Source of the DNA: Verrucomicrobia bacterium GWF2_51_19 | Lineage (GTDB): Bacteria > Verrucomicrobiota > Verrucomicrobiia > Opitutales > UBA12508 | Reading direction: 5' to 3' | Assembly: GCA_001831095.1 (NCBI GenBank) | Contig: MIDP01000039.1 | Coordinates: forward strand, 22,621-86,620 | DNA length: 64,000 bases | Shown: positions 16,008-24,597 of the stretch, one piece after another | Layout: each line of letters starts with the position of its first letter | Numbering within the stretch: the first letter of the stretch is position 1 | Made by a program: the position numbers and the translations under genes | Notes under the pieces: generated by a model | What the model saw: only the letters and a program-made list of their open reading frames with translations | Told to the model about the DNA's origin: nothing | Database searches by the model: none

Positions 16008-17666
16008 TTATGCCTTTTTTCGATTCGTCAACAACTGTTGCAAAATCGTCAAGAGGTTCTGGACCGTCCAGTATAGGACCAATCCTGACGGAAAATTATA
16101 ACAAATAAAGAGAAAAAACGCTGGCATGAATTGAAAAATGCGCTTTTGCGTCGAATCCATTGTTGGGCTGGGCGTCATCTGCATTTGAAGGAACATTGTA
16201 ACGCCCATGACCAGCGGTAACGGGTTGAATGGAAAGCCTGCTACGTGAAAGAGTGTGTCTGGAATAGACAGGTCGGAAATCCACAAAAATGGCGCAAAGC
16301 GGAACTCGGCCGTCGATCGCAACATGTAATAAAAGCCCAAAAAGATTGGCAATTGAATGAGGAGGGGCAGGCATCCGGCGGCGGGATTGACCTTGTTTTC
16401 CTTAAAGAGCTTCATGGTCTCCGTCTGCAGTTTTTGAGGGTTGCCCTTGTATTTTTCGCGGAGGGTCTGCAATGGTTTTTGAATGAGTGCCATGCGCTTT
16501 GACGAATTGACCTGCGCGGCAGTGAGCGGCCACAGCAGCAGCTTTACAAAGAGCGTCAACACGATGATCGTCCAGCCCCAGTTGTTCAAGACGCCGTGAA
16601 TGGCGTTCATGATGACCACCAAAATGCGGCTGATGAAGCCAAAAAAGCCGAATTGCATGATCAGGTCCTGCTTCTTTCCAAGCATATCGAGGCGCGTATA
16701 TTCTTTGGGACCAACGTAAAACTGGAGTCCGAGGATCTTTTCTGTCGTGAGTTCACCGAGGTCAAAGGAGAGGCTCGCCGTAATGCCTTCGTCAGCACCG
16801 ATCCACTTGGGACGCGCGAAAAAGCCCGTTGAGGCGACATTGGGCGTCATCAACGTTGCAAAAAACTGATTCTTGACAGAGCCCCATTCGAGGTTCGGCA
16901 CCGACTGCTCTTCGCGATCCTTGCCAGGGCTTCGACCGATGCCAAAAAAGCCATTGCTGGCCTTGAAGTCCTTGATCTTTACAATCTTGTCGGTCTTGCC
17001 GTTGTAATAGGTGAAATTGAGGTATTCACCGTAATTGTCACCGGGTGTCGCAGGAAACCAGCCAAGGTTCAGATAGACGCGAGAGAGCGATTGGGCGGAC
17101 GGCGTATGATTGATAAAACGCGTCTCGTGATCAATGAGGTAGGGCTCGCTTTCCTTTTCAGCATTGAGGGCTGAAAGTTTATAGCCGCGCAAAAGCTTGA
17201 GGCCTTCTGGGCTGATGTATTCAAACAAAATGCTGTCAGAGCTCTGCTTGACTAGCTTGTACAAGGGCGAAAAGTCAACCTCTTTGCCAGCATCCGACAG
17301 GGAAAGGCTCAGGGCAGGGACATCATTGCGGGCGTTGAAGACGTATGGATCCGTCGTGTCCTTGCGATCCGCATACTTCTTGAAGGCCACTGACTGAATG
17401 CCGCCCCCGCGATTGGTAAAGGTCACGCGAATGGCATCATTTTCCAACACGTAGAGCTCCGCCTTGTCAACCACCGTCGCCTGAATGACGGGCGCTTCCA
17501 CCTTCTTTTGCAGCAGCGTGGGCGCCGCCACGGGAGTTCCTGGAATGGACTCCACGTGTTTCACAACGACTTTCGCCGGCACTTCTTCTTGATGTTGGCT
17601 CTGGTAAATCCACAGCCCAAACGCAGCCGCTAAGCATAAGCCGCCTATTATTGTATCCCTATTCAT
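16008..17666 (-). CDS. yidC: Membrane protein insertase YidC
   Basis: 552 aa with an N-terminal TM helix, a large periplasmic domain, and the C-terminal 60-kDa IMP core (GCLPLLIQLPIFLGFY..., FPSGLVLYW). Confidence 0.9.
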   Translation of the reverse strand: MNRDTIIGGLCLAAAFGLWIYQSQHQEEVPAKVVVKHVESIPGTPVAAPTLLQKKVEAPVIQATVVDKAELYVLENDAIRVTFTNRGGGIQSVAFKKYADRKDTTDPYVFNARNDVPALSLSLSDAGKEVDFSPLYKLVKQSSDSILFEYISPEGLKLLRGYKLSALNAEKESEPYLIDHETRFINHTPSAQSLSRVYLNLGWFPATPGDNYGEYLNFTYYNGKTDKIVKIKDFKASNGFFGIGRSPGKDREEQSVPNLEWGSVKNQFFATLMTPNVASTGFFARPKWIGADEGITASLSFDLGELTTEKILGLQFYVGPKEYTRLDMLGKKQDLIMQFGFFGFISRILVVIMNAIHGVLNNWGWTIIVLTLFVKLLLWPLTAAQVNSSKRMALIQKPLQTLREKYKGNPQKLQTETMKLFKENKVNPAAGCLPLLIQLPIFLGFYYMLRSTAEFRFAPFLWISDLSIPDTLFHVAGFPFNPLPLVMGVTMFLQMQMTPSPTMDSTQKRIFQFMPAFFLFICYNFPSGLVLYWTVQNLLTILQQLLTNRKKA

Positions 17667-17669
17667 ATA

Positions 17670-17793
17670 AAAGACCTCTCCAAAATGACCTCTAGCGGCG
17701 TTCTCGTCGTTTGGGCTAGGTCACGTACGTCAGTACGCTCCCGTCGCCCTCGCTCCTCGGGCCTTGCTATAGGCGCATTTTGAAGAGGTCTTT
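17670..17793. repeat. R1 repeat, copy 4
   Basis: Arms AAAGACCTCTCCAAAATG (17670-17687) and CATTTTGAAGAGGTCTTT (17776-17793) have one mismatch. The apical hairpin is CGTAC gtca GTACG. The element sits 4 nt from the yidC ATG. Confidence 0.9.
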
Positions 17794-17866
17794 GTGTTTG
17801 ATTATTTGTATATGGAAATAGTATTAACATAAATAATCCTTAAGAAAGTTACATCGATTCTATTTT

Positions 17867-18118
17867 TTAGTCTGAATATTTTTGATGTTGTTTGCTCGCC
17901 GGTGGAAAGTCAACACCTCCGTGCGCAAAAGGATGGCAACGTAAGATTCGCCGTAGGCCCAAAAACGAGCCCTTCAAAAGTCCGTGATTCCGGATGGCCT
18001 CTTCGGTGTAGCGCGAGCAGGTGGGGTGATAGCGACATTCGACACGAATGCCAAGGCACGCGGGAATGACCGCCAATAAGCGGTACGCCTTGATTAACAC
18101 TATCCCAACGATTTTCAT
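17867..18118 (-). CDS. yidD: Membrane protein insertion efficiency factor YidD
   Basis: [15 protein letters not shown]...[18 protein letters not shown]. Confidence 0.9.
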   Translation of the reverse strand: MKIVGIVLIKAYRLLAVIPACLGIRVECRYHPTCSRYTEEAIRNHGLLKGSFLGLRRILRCHPFAHGGVDFPPASKQHQKYSD

Positions 18119-18120
18119 GA

Positions 18121-18462
18121 TTAATGATCGTTTAGCTTCTCCACTCCCTTGAGGAATCGCCTTTCGAGTTCTGAAAACGGGTGATCGAGGGCCGTCCTTC
18201 GGGCGATGACAACTAGGTCAACGCTCTCCGTCAAGGCCTCTTGATGCTTTCTAAAGAGCTCGCGGAACTGGCGTTTGACTCGATTGCGAACGACCGAAGA
18301 TGTATCGACGCGCTTGGAGACAATCGCCGCAAATCGCCTGACACCTGTGTCCGTTGATAGGCACTGGAGAATGAAGGCGCCACAATCGACACGCGTCCCT
18401 TTTTCTCGAATAATGAGAAACGTCAACGTCTGTCGTATGTGTTGATCTCTGCTGTATCTCAA
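18121..18462 (-). CDS. rnpA: Ribonuclease P protein component
   Basis: 113 aa basic protein lying between rpmH and yidD. It contains the RNR-like block [14 protein letters not shown]. The TTG start overlaps the rpmH stop. Confidence 0.85.
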   Translation of the reverse strand: MRYSRDQHIRQTLTFLIIREKGTRVDCGAFILQCLSTDTGVRRFAAIVSKRVDTSSVVRNRVKRQFRELFRKHQEALTESVDLVVIARRTALDHPFSELERRFLKGVEKLNDH

Positions 18463-18602
18463 GAGACGATGAGCGCTAAACGTTGCCGACCTTTGCGGCG
18501 GCGGTTCGCAAGGACCTTGCGGCCCCCTACAGTTGCTTTACGAGCGCGAAAGCCACAACGACGGGCTCTCTTTAATTTTGAAGGTCTAAATGTTGGTTGC
18601 AT
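18459..18602 (-). CDS. rpmH: 50S ribosomal protein L34
   Basis: Hand translation gives [47 protein letters not shown] (47 aa). It is too short for the ORF track. Confidence 0.9.
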   Translation of the reverse strand: MQPTFRPSKLKRARRCGFRARKATVGGRKVLANRRRKGRQRLALIVS

Positions 18603-18701
18603 GATAAAGAGATGGAACAAAAATCTAAGAGCAACCCTATGTCAAGCGAAAAGCACTCATTTCAGCTTGATTTTGTGTGATGCGGGTGTATGTTTTGTCG
18701 C

Positions 18702-19874
18702 ATGTACAGAGGCTTAGTATTGTTGTTGTGTTTGGGGACTGTGTGGGGCGGTGTGATCGATTTGGGGACCATTCGTCGAGAGGCCGAACGCGACATTTTA
18801 AACATTTATGTGCAGAGCGGCGACAAGCAAATTTCGACATACGCCGAGCACGCATTGGCACTACATGGCGGTTTCCGGATGACTGCAAAAGACGAGGCTG
18901 TCTTTACCTTTGTATTAAAAGCAGAGGGATCCGGCTGTTCCTTAGAGATACGGTCGGGATACCCAGAACGCGCGCAGTTTCAAAAAACCTTTGATGGGCC
19001 CTTGTCGGTATCGACCCTTGAGGCCCTCGACTGTTGTGTAGAAAAAACCTTGGGCCTGCCTGGGTTTTTTACAGGCAAGGTCGTTTTTTCGAGCAAGCAG
19101 AGCGGTTTTGCAGAACTGTATGTGGCTGACCTGCTGTTTTCAAGCGTGAAGCAGCTGACACACGATCGGTCGGACTCGATTTTTCCACACTGGTTCCCCA
19201 ATGGACAGAAGCTGATCTACACAACCTATTTTCACAAAGGCTTTCCCGACCTCTACACCATTGATTTGCGGACAAGGGAACGGCGGCCCTTTGCGGCGCA
19301 TCAGGGAAGCAACACGGGTGGAACTCCTTCGCCAAACGGGCAAAACGTGGCGATGATTTTGTCGGCCACAGGCAATTCGGAGCTCTTTGTAAAAAACATC
19401 TCTGCACCACAATTACGTCGATTGACAAAGGACAGCGCTGTCAAAGCGTCTCCGAGTTGGTCGCCAGATGGGACGCGGTTACTCTTTGTTTCTGACCGGA
19501 CAGGGCTCCCGCAGATTTATGAAATTCAAGCGCTACGTGGCCCGGCAAAGCGCATCCCGACAAACATCAGCCGCCACTGCACCGAGCCAGACTGGAACCC
19601 AAGAGACCCCAACCTGTTTCTCTTTACGGCGGTCGTCGACAATCATTTCCAGATCGCGCTCTACGACTTCAATACGCGCCAAAGCCGCATCTTGACACAA
19701 GCCAACGCGGACAGCATCGAGGGTTCGTGGATCAATGACGGTCGCCATATCTTGTTTACGCGTCGGACGCCCGCAAAGCGATCGCTGTACGTGATTGATT
19801 CTGTGACTGGCAGAGAATCACCATTGTCGCCAGCAGAGATGAAGGACGCCGCACAGGGCCACTTTCATAAATAA
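18702..19874 (+). CDS. TolB-like periplasmic beta-propeller protein
   Basis: Signal peptide MYRGLVLLLCLGTVWG, then repeated propeller blades (FPHWFPNGQKLIYT, PSPNGQNVAMI, ASPSWSPDGTRLLFVSDRTGLPQIY, EPDWNP). Confidence 0.7.
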   Translation: MYRGLVLLLCLGTVWGGVIDLGTIRREAERDILNIYVQSGDKQISTYAEHALALHGGFRMTAKDEAVFTFVLKAEGSGCSLEIRSGYPERAQFQKTFDGPLSVSTLEALDCCVEKTLGLPGFFTGKVVFSSKQSGFAELYVADLLFSSVKQLTHDRSDSIFPHWFPNGQKLIYTTYFHKGFPDLYTIDLRTRERRPFAAHQGSNTGGTPSPNGQNVAMILSATGNSELFVKNISAPQLRRLTKDSAVKASPSWSPDGTRLLFVSDRTGLPQIYEIQALRGPAKRIPTNISRHCTEPDWNPRDPNLFLFTAVVDNHFQIALYDFNTRQSRILTQANADSIEGSWINDGRHILFTRRTPAKRSLYVIDSVTGRESPLSPAEMKDAAQGHFHK

Positions 19875-19880
19875 TAGTAT

Positions 19881-20177
19881 GCCTCAATCCATTCTGGCGG
19901 TATGGAACAATTAATAAGCTCGTTGCGGCACGTGATGCGGAAATTGAGATGGGGCATCGTGGATCATATAGAGATTGCGAATCGAGGGCGTGTTGTCACA
20001 CGCAGAGCTTGAGGGAGTTAGTACTTCTGTAGACGCATTCACCGCAGACCGGTTAAAAACGCAGGAAGTTGTTTTCACTCTTTTGGTGAAATTTAAATTA
20101 GAACACTCATGACCATGCAGGCCTCAATTAGAAAGGCAACGCGACCAATAGGACTTGTTTTTCGCTAATGATTGAGG
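19881..20177 (+). repeat. L element, locus 3 (truncated, no box or 5' core)
   Basis: Bounded by CCTCAATCCATT (19882-19893) and CTAATGATTGAGG (20164-20176). The interior joins a central-repeat tail (GCTCGTTGCGGCACGTGATGCGGAAATTGAGAT) to modules shared with 23700-23770 (inverted) and 24455-24600. Confidence 0.75.
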
Positions 20178-20205
20178 AGTATTTGAAAATAATTCAAAAA
20201 AATGT

Positions 20206-20235
20206 TTGACATTTTTGGAAAAATACAAATATTAT
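20206..20235 (+). promoter_or_regulatory. Sigma70-like promoter for the 20243 ORF
   Basis: TTGACA (20206-20211), an 18-nt spacer, then TATTAT (20230-20235). The ATG lies at 20243, implying a very short or absent leader. Confidence 0.45.
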
Positions 20236-20242
20236 CCCAGTT

Positions 20243-20527
20243 ATGAATATTAATAACATTTCTAATACTGCTCCTCTCGGATTCGACCCAATGGCCATGG
20301 AGTATAAGCCTTTGCGCACGATGCACAAGCATTACATTGACATGTTGCGCAGCGCCGTACACCAGGGTCTGATAGTTGATTTTGCGAGCGCGTGGATCAG
20401 CAACATCTCCTCGATCGAGTCCATCATTCAGGCCGTTCGCAACAAACGCCCAGCATATAAACAACTCAAAAATGAAGTGAATCGCCTTAATAGTATCGAA
20501 ACCGATACAAGCACCAGCAAGAATTAA
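20243..20527 (+). CDS. Hypothetical protein (94 aa)
   Basis: ORF MNINNISNTAPLGFDPMAMEYKPL... with no recognisable domain. It has a promoter-like element directly upstream and a hairpin terminator downstream. Confidence 0.4.
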   Translation: MNINNISNTAPLGFDPMAMEYKPLRTMHKHYIDMLRSAVHQGLIVDFASAWISNISSIESIIQAVRNKRPAYKQLKNEVNRLNSIETDTSTSKN

Positions 20528-20541
20528 CACCCCTTTGACGC

Positions 20542-20605
20542 AGACCGTTGCAAAATGGCGGCAGGACTCGAATAACGAGCTTTCCTCCGCATTTTGCAAC
20601 GGTCT
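20542..20605. terminator. Short R2-type hairpin (arms retained, interior mostly deleted); probable bidirectional terminator
   Basis: The 16-bp arms AGACCGTTGCAAAATG (20542-20557) and CATTTTGCAACGGTCT (20590-20605) are perfect and are followed by TTTTT. The loop ...CGAATAACGAGCTTTCCTCCG resembles the R2 right interior. It lies between convergent stops at 20527 and 20608. Confidence 0.65.
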
Positions 20606-20607
20606 TT

Positions 20608-20889
20608 TTAATGGGCAATGTCGAAGGAGGCGAAGGAGGCTGTACGCCAGGTGTTTTCAACTGTCGTGTGCTGAATGTGTGAGGTCATGGCCTGATCGAG
20701 AGCCTTCTTGAAGGCCAACACGTCGGTCGACTCGCCCTCCACCTCGAGCTGCACGCGCCCATCCGGCATGTTTTTGATAAAACCTTTGACGGGAAATGTT
20801 TGGGCGAACTGGAACGCTTTGTAGCGAAACCCGACGCCCTGAACATCACCCTCATAGAGGCATTTTAGAAAAAAGATACGCTTCTTCAT
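20608..20889 (-). CDS. acyP: Acylphosphatase
   Basis: 93 aa with VQGVGFRYKAFQFA...GFIKNMPDGRVQLEVEG. Confidence 0.85.
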   Translation of the reverse strand: MKKRIFFLKCLYEGDVQGVGFRYKAFQFAQTFPVKGFIKNMPDGRVQLEVEGESTDVLAFKKALDQAMTSHIQHTTVENTWRTASFASFDIAH

Positions 20890-21243
20890 GATCGCATCTT
20901 AGCATTATTTGGCATTCTTTGAAAGCAAAAAGTTATTCACAAGATTTTGTGAAGAACGTGAAAAAAACACGTCAATCGTGGTGGATGGACGGTGAAAAAG
21001 CCAAAGGGCAGAGTGCATGGTCGACGCGAAATGAGATTTTTATTGCACGGCATAAGCGTGTGCAAATGAATGACTTGCGCTATTCCGAATCCTTGCAATA
21101 TCGCCGCTATGGGTTTATTGGAGCCAGTCTTGGAGGCGAGCTTTAAGGATTGTCGCTATTTGTGAATAAAGCAAAGGATGTGTGCTTTTTTGATTGCTTC
21201 TGTAAAGCAAAAAACAGAGTGTAGGAGGTGTTTTCTAAATACA

Positions 21244-22971
21244 ATGCAGTGGATCAGCCTACAGAGCGTGAGTTTGGCTTTTGGACGGGATGCCGTGTTG
21301 GACAGGGTGTCCTTTGACATCTTTAAGGGCGACCGCGTGGGTGTCATTGGGAGAAATGGATGCGGAAAGAGTTCTCTGCTTAAGGTGATCGCCGGCCAGC
21401 TCGCCATCGACGACGGAAAGGTAGAGCGCGCTAAAGGCATTATTACGGGCTATTTGCCGCAAGATATACCCTCCTATAACGGGCCCATAAAGGACTTTTT
21501 GATGCAGGTGGGGAAAAGCCTCTTTGAGGTGGAAGCGGTCCTGTCGCAGTTCAATGTGCCCAACGAGGGCCGCTTTGAAGACCTCTCCGTGGGCCTCAAA
21601 CGGCGACTTCTGTTGGCCCGGGAGTGGCTCAAGCAGCCGGACATTCTGCTCCTGGACGAGCCCACCAACCACCTCGACATTCCATCGATTCAATGGCTGG
21701 AATCCCTGCTAAAAAAGTTCAAGGGGGCGGTCCTTTTCGTGACGCACGACCGCGCTTTCCTGCAAAACCTATCGTCGCGCATTCTCGAGCTCGACCGCGG
21801 CCAGGCCTTTTGTTTTGACTGCACATACGACGATTTCCTGAAAAAGCGGTCCAAGTTTTTCGAACAAGAGGCGGCACACCGGGAACAGTTTGACAAAAAG
21901 CTCGCAGCCGAAGAGCAGTGGATTCGGCGCGGCATCAAAGCTCGAAGGACGCGCAATGAGGGTCGTGTGCGCGCCCTGGAGGCTCTGCGTCTGCAAAAGT
22001 CGCAACAGAGGTCGCTTAGCGGCACGATCAACCTGGAAGGGCAGGCCTTCAAGCGTTCTGGGGACAAGGTCATCGAGGCAGAGCACCTCTCGTTCTCGTA
22101 CGCGTCGAGACCACTCCTTCAAGATTTCTCCTGCAAAATCGACCGCGGCTCCAAGATTGGCATTGTCGGCAACAACGGTATTGGCAAGACCACTCTCATT
22201 CGCCTGCTCCTAAAAACGTTGGTACCCTCTAGCGGAACTGTCGCCCACGGAACGAATTTGACGGTCACCTACTTCGATCAAACGCGCATGCAGCTAAAAG
22301 AAGAGCTGTCTGTCTTTGACAACGTTGCTGAGGGCCGCGAGTATGTCGTCATCAATGATAAAAGGCGTCACGTCATCAGTTATTTGGAGGAATTTCTCTT
22401 TGAGCCCGACCGCCTCAAAAGCCCCGTCAAGATGCTCTCTGGTGGCGAAAAAAACCGCCTGATGCTCGCCAAGCTATTTTTGACGCCGGCCAACGTCATC
22501 GTGATGGACGAGCCCACCAACGATTCCGATATCGAAACGCTCGAGCTCCTAGAGGCCTTTTTGCTGGATTACAAGGGGACGCTCCTTCTCATTTCGCACG
22601 ACCGCCTGTTTTTGGAAAACATCTGCGACACTTTCTTTTATTTAAAAGGTGATGGCGCCTGCGAGGTCCTCAATGAGTCACACCCGTTTCTCAAACCAAC
22701 GCAGGCCTCGGTAAAAGTCGAAAAGCCGGCCACAGTCGCGCCCATCACAGCGTTGCCAAAACGCAAGTTGAGCTATAAAGAGCAACAAGAAAAGATCGAT
22801 CTGCCTGGCAAAATCGAAACACTCGAAGCCGAACACACGGCCCTGCTTCAAAAAATGGCAGCCCATCAGGCCTACACCTCCGCAGCAGACGACGCCAAAC
22901 AACTGGCACACCTGGAATCCGCCATTGAAGCCGCCTATAGGCGTTGGTCAGTATTAGAAGAGAGCTGCTAA
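21244..22971 (+). CDS. ABC-F family ATPase (two ABC domains, no TM domain)
   Basis: Two cassettes, GRNGCGKSS/LLLDEPTNHLD and GNNGIGKTT/LSGGEKNRL/IVMDEPTNDSD, with a charged linker between them. Start placed at MQWISLQSV. Confidence 0.85.
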   Translation: MQWISLQSVSLAFGRDAVLDRVSFDIFKGDRVGVIGRNGCGKSSLLKVIAGQLAIDDGKVERAKGIITGYLPQDIPSYNGPIKDFLMQVGKSLFEVEAVLSQFNVPNEGRFEDLSVGLKRRLLLAREWLKQPDILLLDEPTNHLDIPSIQWLESLLKKFKGAVLFVTHDRAFLQNLSSRILELDRGQAFCFDCTYDDFLKKRSKFFEQEAAHREQFDKKLAAEEQWIRRGIKARRTRNEGRVRALEALRLQKSQQRSLSGTINLEGQAFKRSGDKVIEAEHLSFSYASRPLLQDFSCKIDRGSKIGIVGNNGIGKTTLIRLLLKTLVPSSGTVAHGTNLTVTYFDQTRMQLKEELSVFDNVAEGREYVVINDKRRHVISYLEEFLFEPDRLKSPVKMLSGGEKNRLMLAKLFLTPANVIVMDEPTNDSDIETLELLEAFLLDYKGTLLLISHDRLFLENICDTFFYLKGDGACEVLNESHPFLKPTQASVKVEKPATVAPITALPKRKLSYKEQQEKIDLPGKIETLEAEHTALLQKMAAHQAYTSAADDAKQLAHLESAIEAAYRRWSVLEESC

Positions 22972-22988
22972 TACATTTTTTATTGATT

Positions 22989-23600
22989 TTAGAACAATCG
23001 GGCTCCGTGACACCCAGCCAGGAAATTTTGAACGGCCATGGCGCAGAGGAGAAAGCCCGATAGCCGTGTTCCGATACGCAGCACGACGGGCGTAAACAGC
23101 TCAATCTTTTTAGCGGCGACGTAGAGGGCGATGTAAAGTGTGATTTCCACCAAGACAATCGCCAGGTAGACCGAAGCATGTTGCGTCGAATTGACCGCCG
23201 CCGACTTGAGGTTGATAACGGCCGTCAAACATGCTGGGCCGGCGATCACTGGAATGGCGAGGGGCGCGATCGTGATGTCGAAAAAGTGCTTTTCGCTGTG
23301 CATCGTATTTTCCTCCAACTTGCCCAAAATGAGGTCCATCGACGCGATAAAAAGAATGACGCTTCCCGCTATTTTAAAGGCATTGAGGCTGATGTTCATG
23401 CTCTCAAACAACTTGAGACCGAAGGCGGCTGTGAAGAGAAACAAGAGCAGCGCCACGATCGTCGCAATCGTCGCAATGCGCACGCGTTCGGCAGTCGTCC
23501 GATTGGCCGTAAAACTGATAAAGATCGCCACCACGGCAATGTGACTGCTGACGACAAAAAATTGCAGAAACGTTTTTTCAAAAAAAGCTAAGTTGGACAT
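22989..23600 (-). CDS. marC: MarC-family (UPF0056) integral membrane protein
   Basis: Six hydrophobic segments and typical size. Start taken at MSNLAFFEKTF (ATG 23600). The track ORF extends to 23702 through the L-element terminus. Confidence 0.7.
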   Translation of the reverse strand: MSNLAFFEKTFLQFFVVSSHIAVVAIFISFTANRTTAERVRIATIATIVALLLFLFTAAFGLKLFESMNISLNAFKIAGSVILFIASMDLILGKLEENTMHSEKHFFDITIAPLAIPVIAGPACLTAVINLKSAAVNSTQHASVYLAIVLVEITLYIALYVAAKKIELFTPVVLRIGTRLSGFLLCAMAVQNFLAGCHGARLF

Positions 23601-24000
23601 ATAAAGAGCATCTGTTACGCCAGAGAATCGACGGTTTGTCAAAGATTTTCGTGCACGTCCTGCAAGCCCCTCAATCATTAGTGAATTTTTACTACCGCGC
23701 ATCGGTTTTTCGATGCTCCCTTGAATGCGCCGTTAGAAGTAGTAACTCACTCCAACTCTGCGTGTGGCAACACGCTCTGGATGCGCCATTAGAGAGCTCG
23801 GCGGGTCTCGGGAGCCGTTTGTGGCGCACTCCTTCTGGGCCCGAAAGCGGCTTTTGCTGATTTTTGAAAAATAGGCGGAGATTGATTAGGGGTTTAGAAT
23901 ATTAGATTTTTATATTTAATATCTATTGTGTTTTTTAAATAAAAAGTCAAGTTTTTTCGTAATAAATCGGCGATACCTTATTCCTAGGCGAAAGGCACAT

Positions 24001-24209
24001 CACTGTAATGCCCAACGCAGCATCAAAGCCGTCGAGCTATGGCGCATAGGCTCGTTGCGGCAAAGAATGCGGAAACAAAGCCGTCGAGTTATCGCCTGCA
24101 AGCTCGCTTCGGCCATATTCAGAGCCAAAAGGAACGTCACTGCAAGGTCCAACGCAGCGCCAAAGCCGTCGAGCTATGGCGTGTAGGCTCGTTGCGGCAA
24201 AGAATGCGT
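24001..24209 (+). repeat. Two 72-nt direct repeats in the centre of L locus 2
   Basis: CACTGTAATGCCCAACGCAGCATCAAAGCCGTCGAGCTATGGCGCATAGGCTCGTTGCGGCAAAGAATGCGG (24001-24072) is repeated at 24138-24209 with 8 differences by hand count. A partial CAAAGCCGTCGAGTTATCGCC lies between them. Confidence 0.8.
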
Positions 24210-24285
24210 GAATTGAGATTGATGTTTATTGATTATGTAAAGATTAAAAGAGCTTCTGCCGTGCTGAAAAATTTTACGAAAAAGC

Positions 24286-24597
24286 TTGACTTTTTACAAA
24301 AATACTATAATCAAGGATTTTTATATAAAAACAGCGACAAACCCATTTCAATATCTTGTTTTTTCGCAGCCCAAGCCGCTCTCGAATGCAGAAGGAGTGC
24401 GCCACAAACGGCTACCGAGACCCGCCGAGCTCTCTAATGGCGCATCGAGGGCGGCTTGCAGACGCGGACCAGTTAAAAATTCAGGGAAGTGTTTTCACCA
24501 TTTGGTGAAATTTAAATTAGAGCACACATGGCCATGCAAGCCTCAATTAGAAAGGGAAAGCGGTCGGCATGACTTGTTTTTCGCTAATGATGATTGA
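24286..24597 (+). other. L-unit ORF (103 codons, TTG start inside the box); coding status unresolved
   Basis: Track ORF MTFYKNTIIKDFYIKTATNPFQYLVFSQPKPLSNAEGVRHKRLPRPAELSNGASRAACRRG... Of 10 codon differences versus 9070..9261 across the 31-codon core, 8 are synonymous. Confidence 0.35.

Noticed and set aside
23601-23702. N-terminal extension of marC starting at an ATG inside the L hairpin and reading through the terminus (..SLMIEG..) in frame into marC.
   Set aside because: The equivalent ATG in locus 1 (9092) reads into a stop after 20 codons. The extension is hydrophilic and unlike MarC N-termini. An ATG at 23600 gives a normal-length protein. This is kept only as a curiosity.
24281-24310. 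Reading the A5-GC-TTGACT-T5 box as a canonical sigma70 promoter.
   Set aside because: The call is not confirmed, and the box was not discarded. TTGACT is a good -35, but the best -10-like hexamers (TATAAT at 24306-24311, TATATT or TATATC in other units) lie only 14-15 nt downstream. The fourth unit and the box-like site upstream of the ABC ATPase (30668-30690) lack a clear -10. The box could instead be a protein-binding or bent-DNA site, so no promoter feature is called.
23926-24437. ORFs of 86 and 132 aa across the central 72-nt direct repeats of L locus 2 (repeated AQRSxKAVELWRxGSLRQRMR). Three of 8 differences between the repeats are synonymous.
   Set aside because: The homologous segment in locus 1 (9363-9397, inverted) has an in-frame TAA. 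No start or SD is conserved. I treat it as non-coding, although one small hairpin (CTATG-gcg-CATAG versus CTATG-gcg-TGTAG, with G:U-compatible changes) hints at RNA structure.
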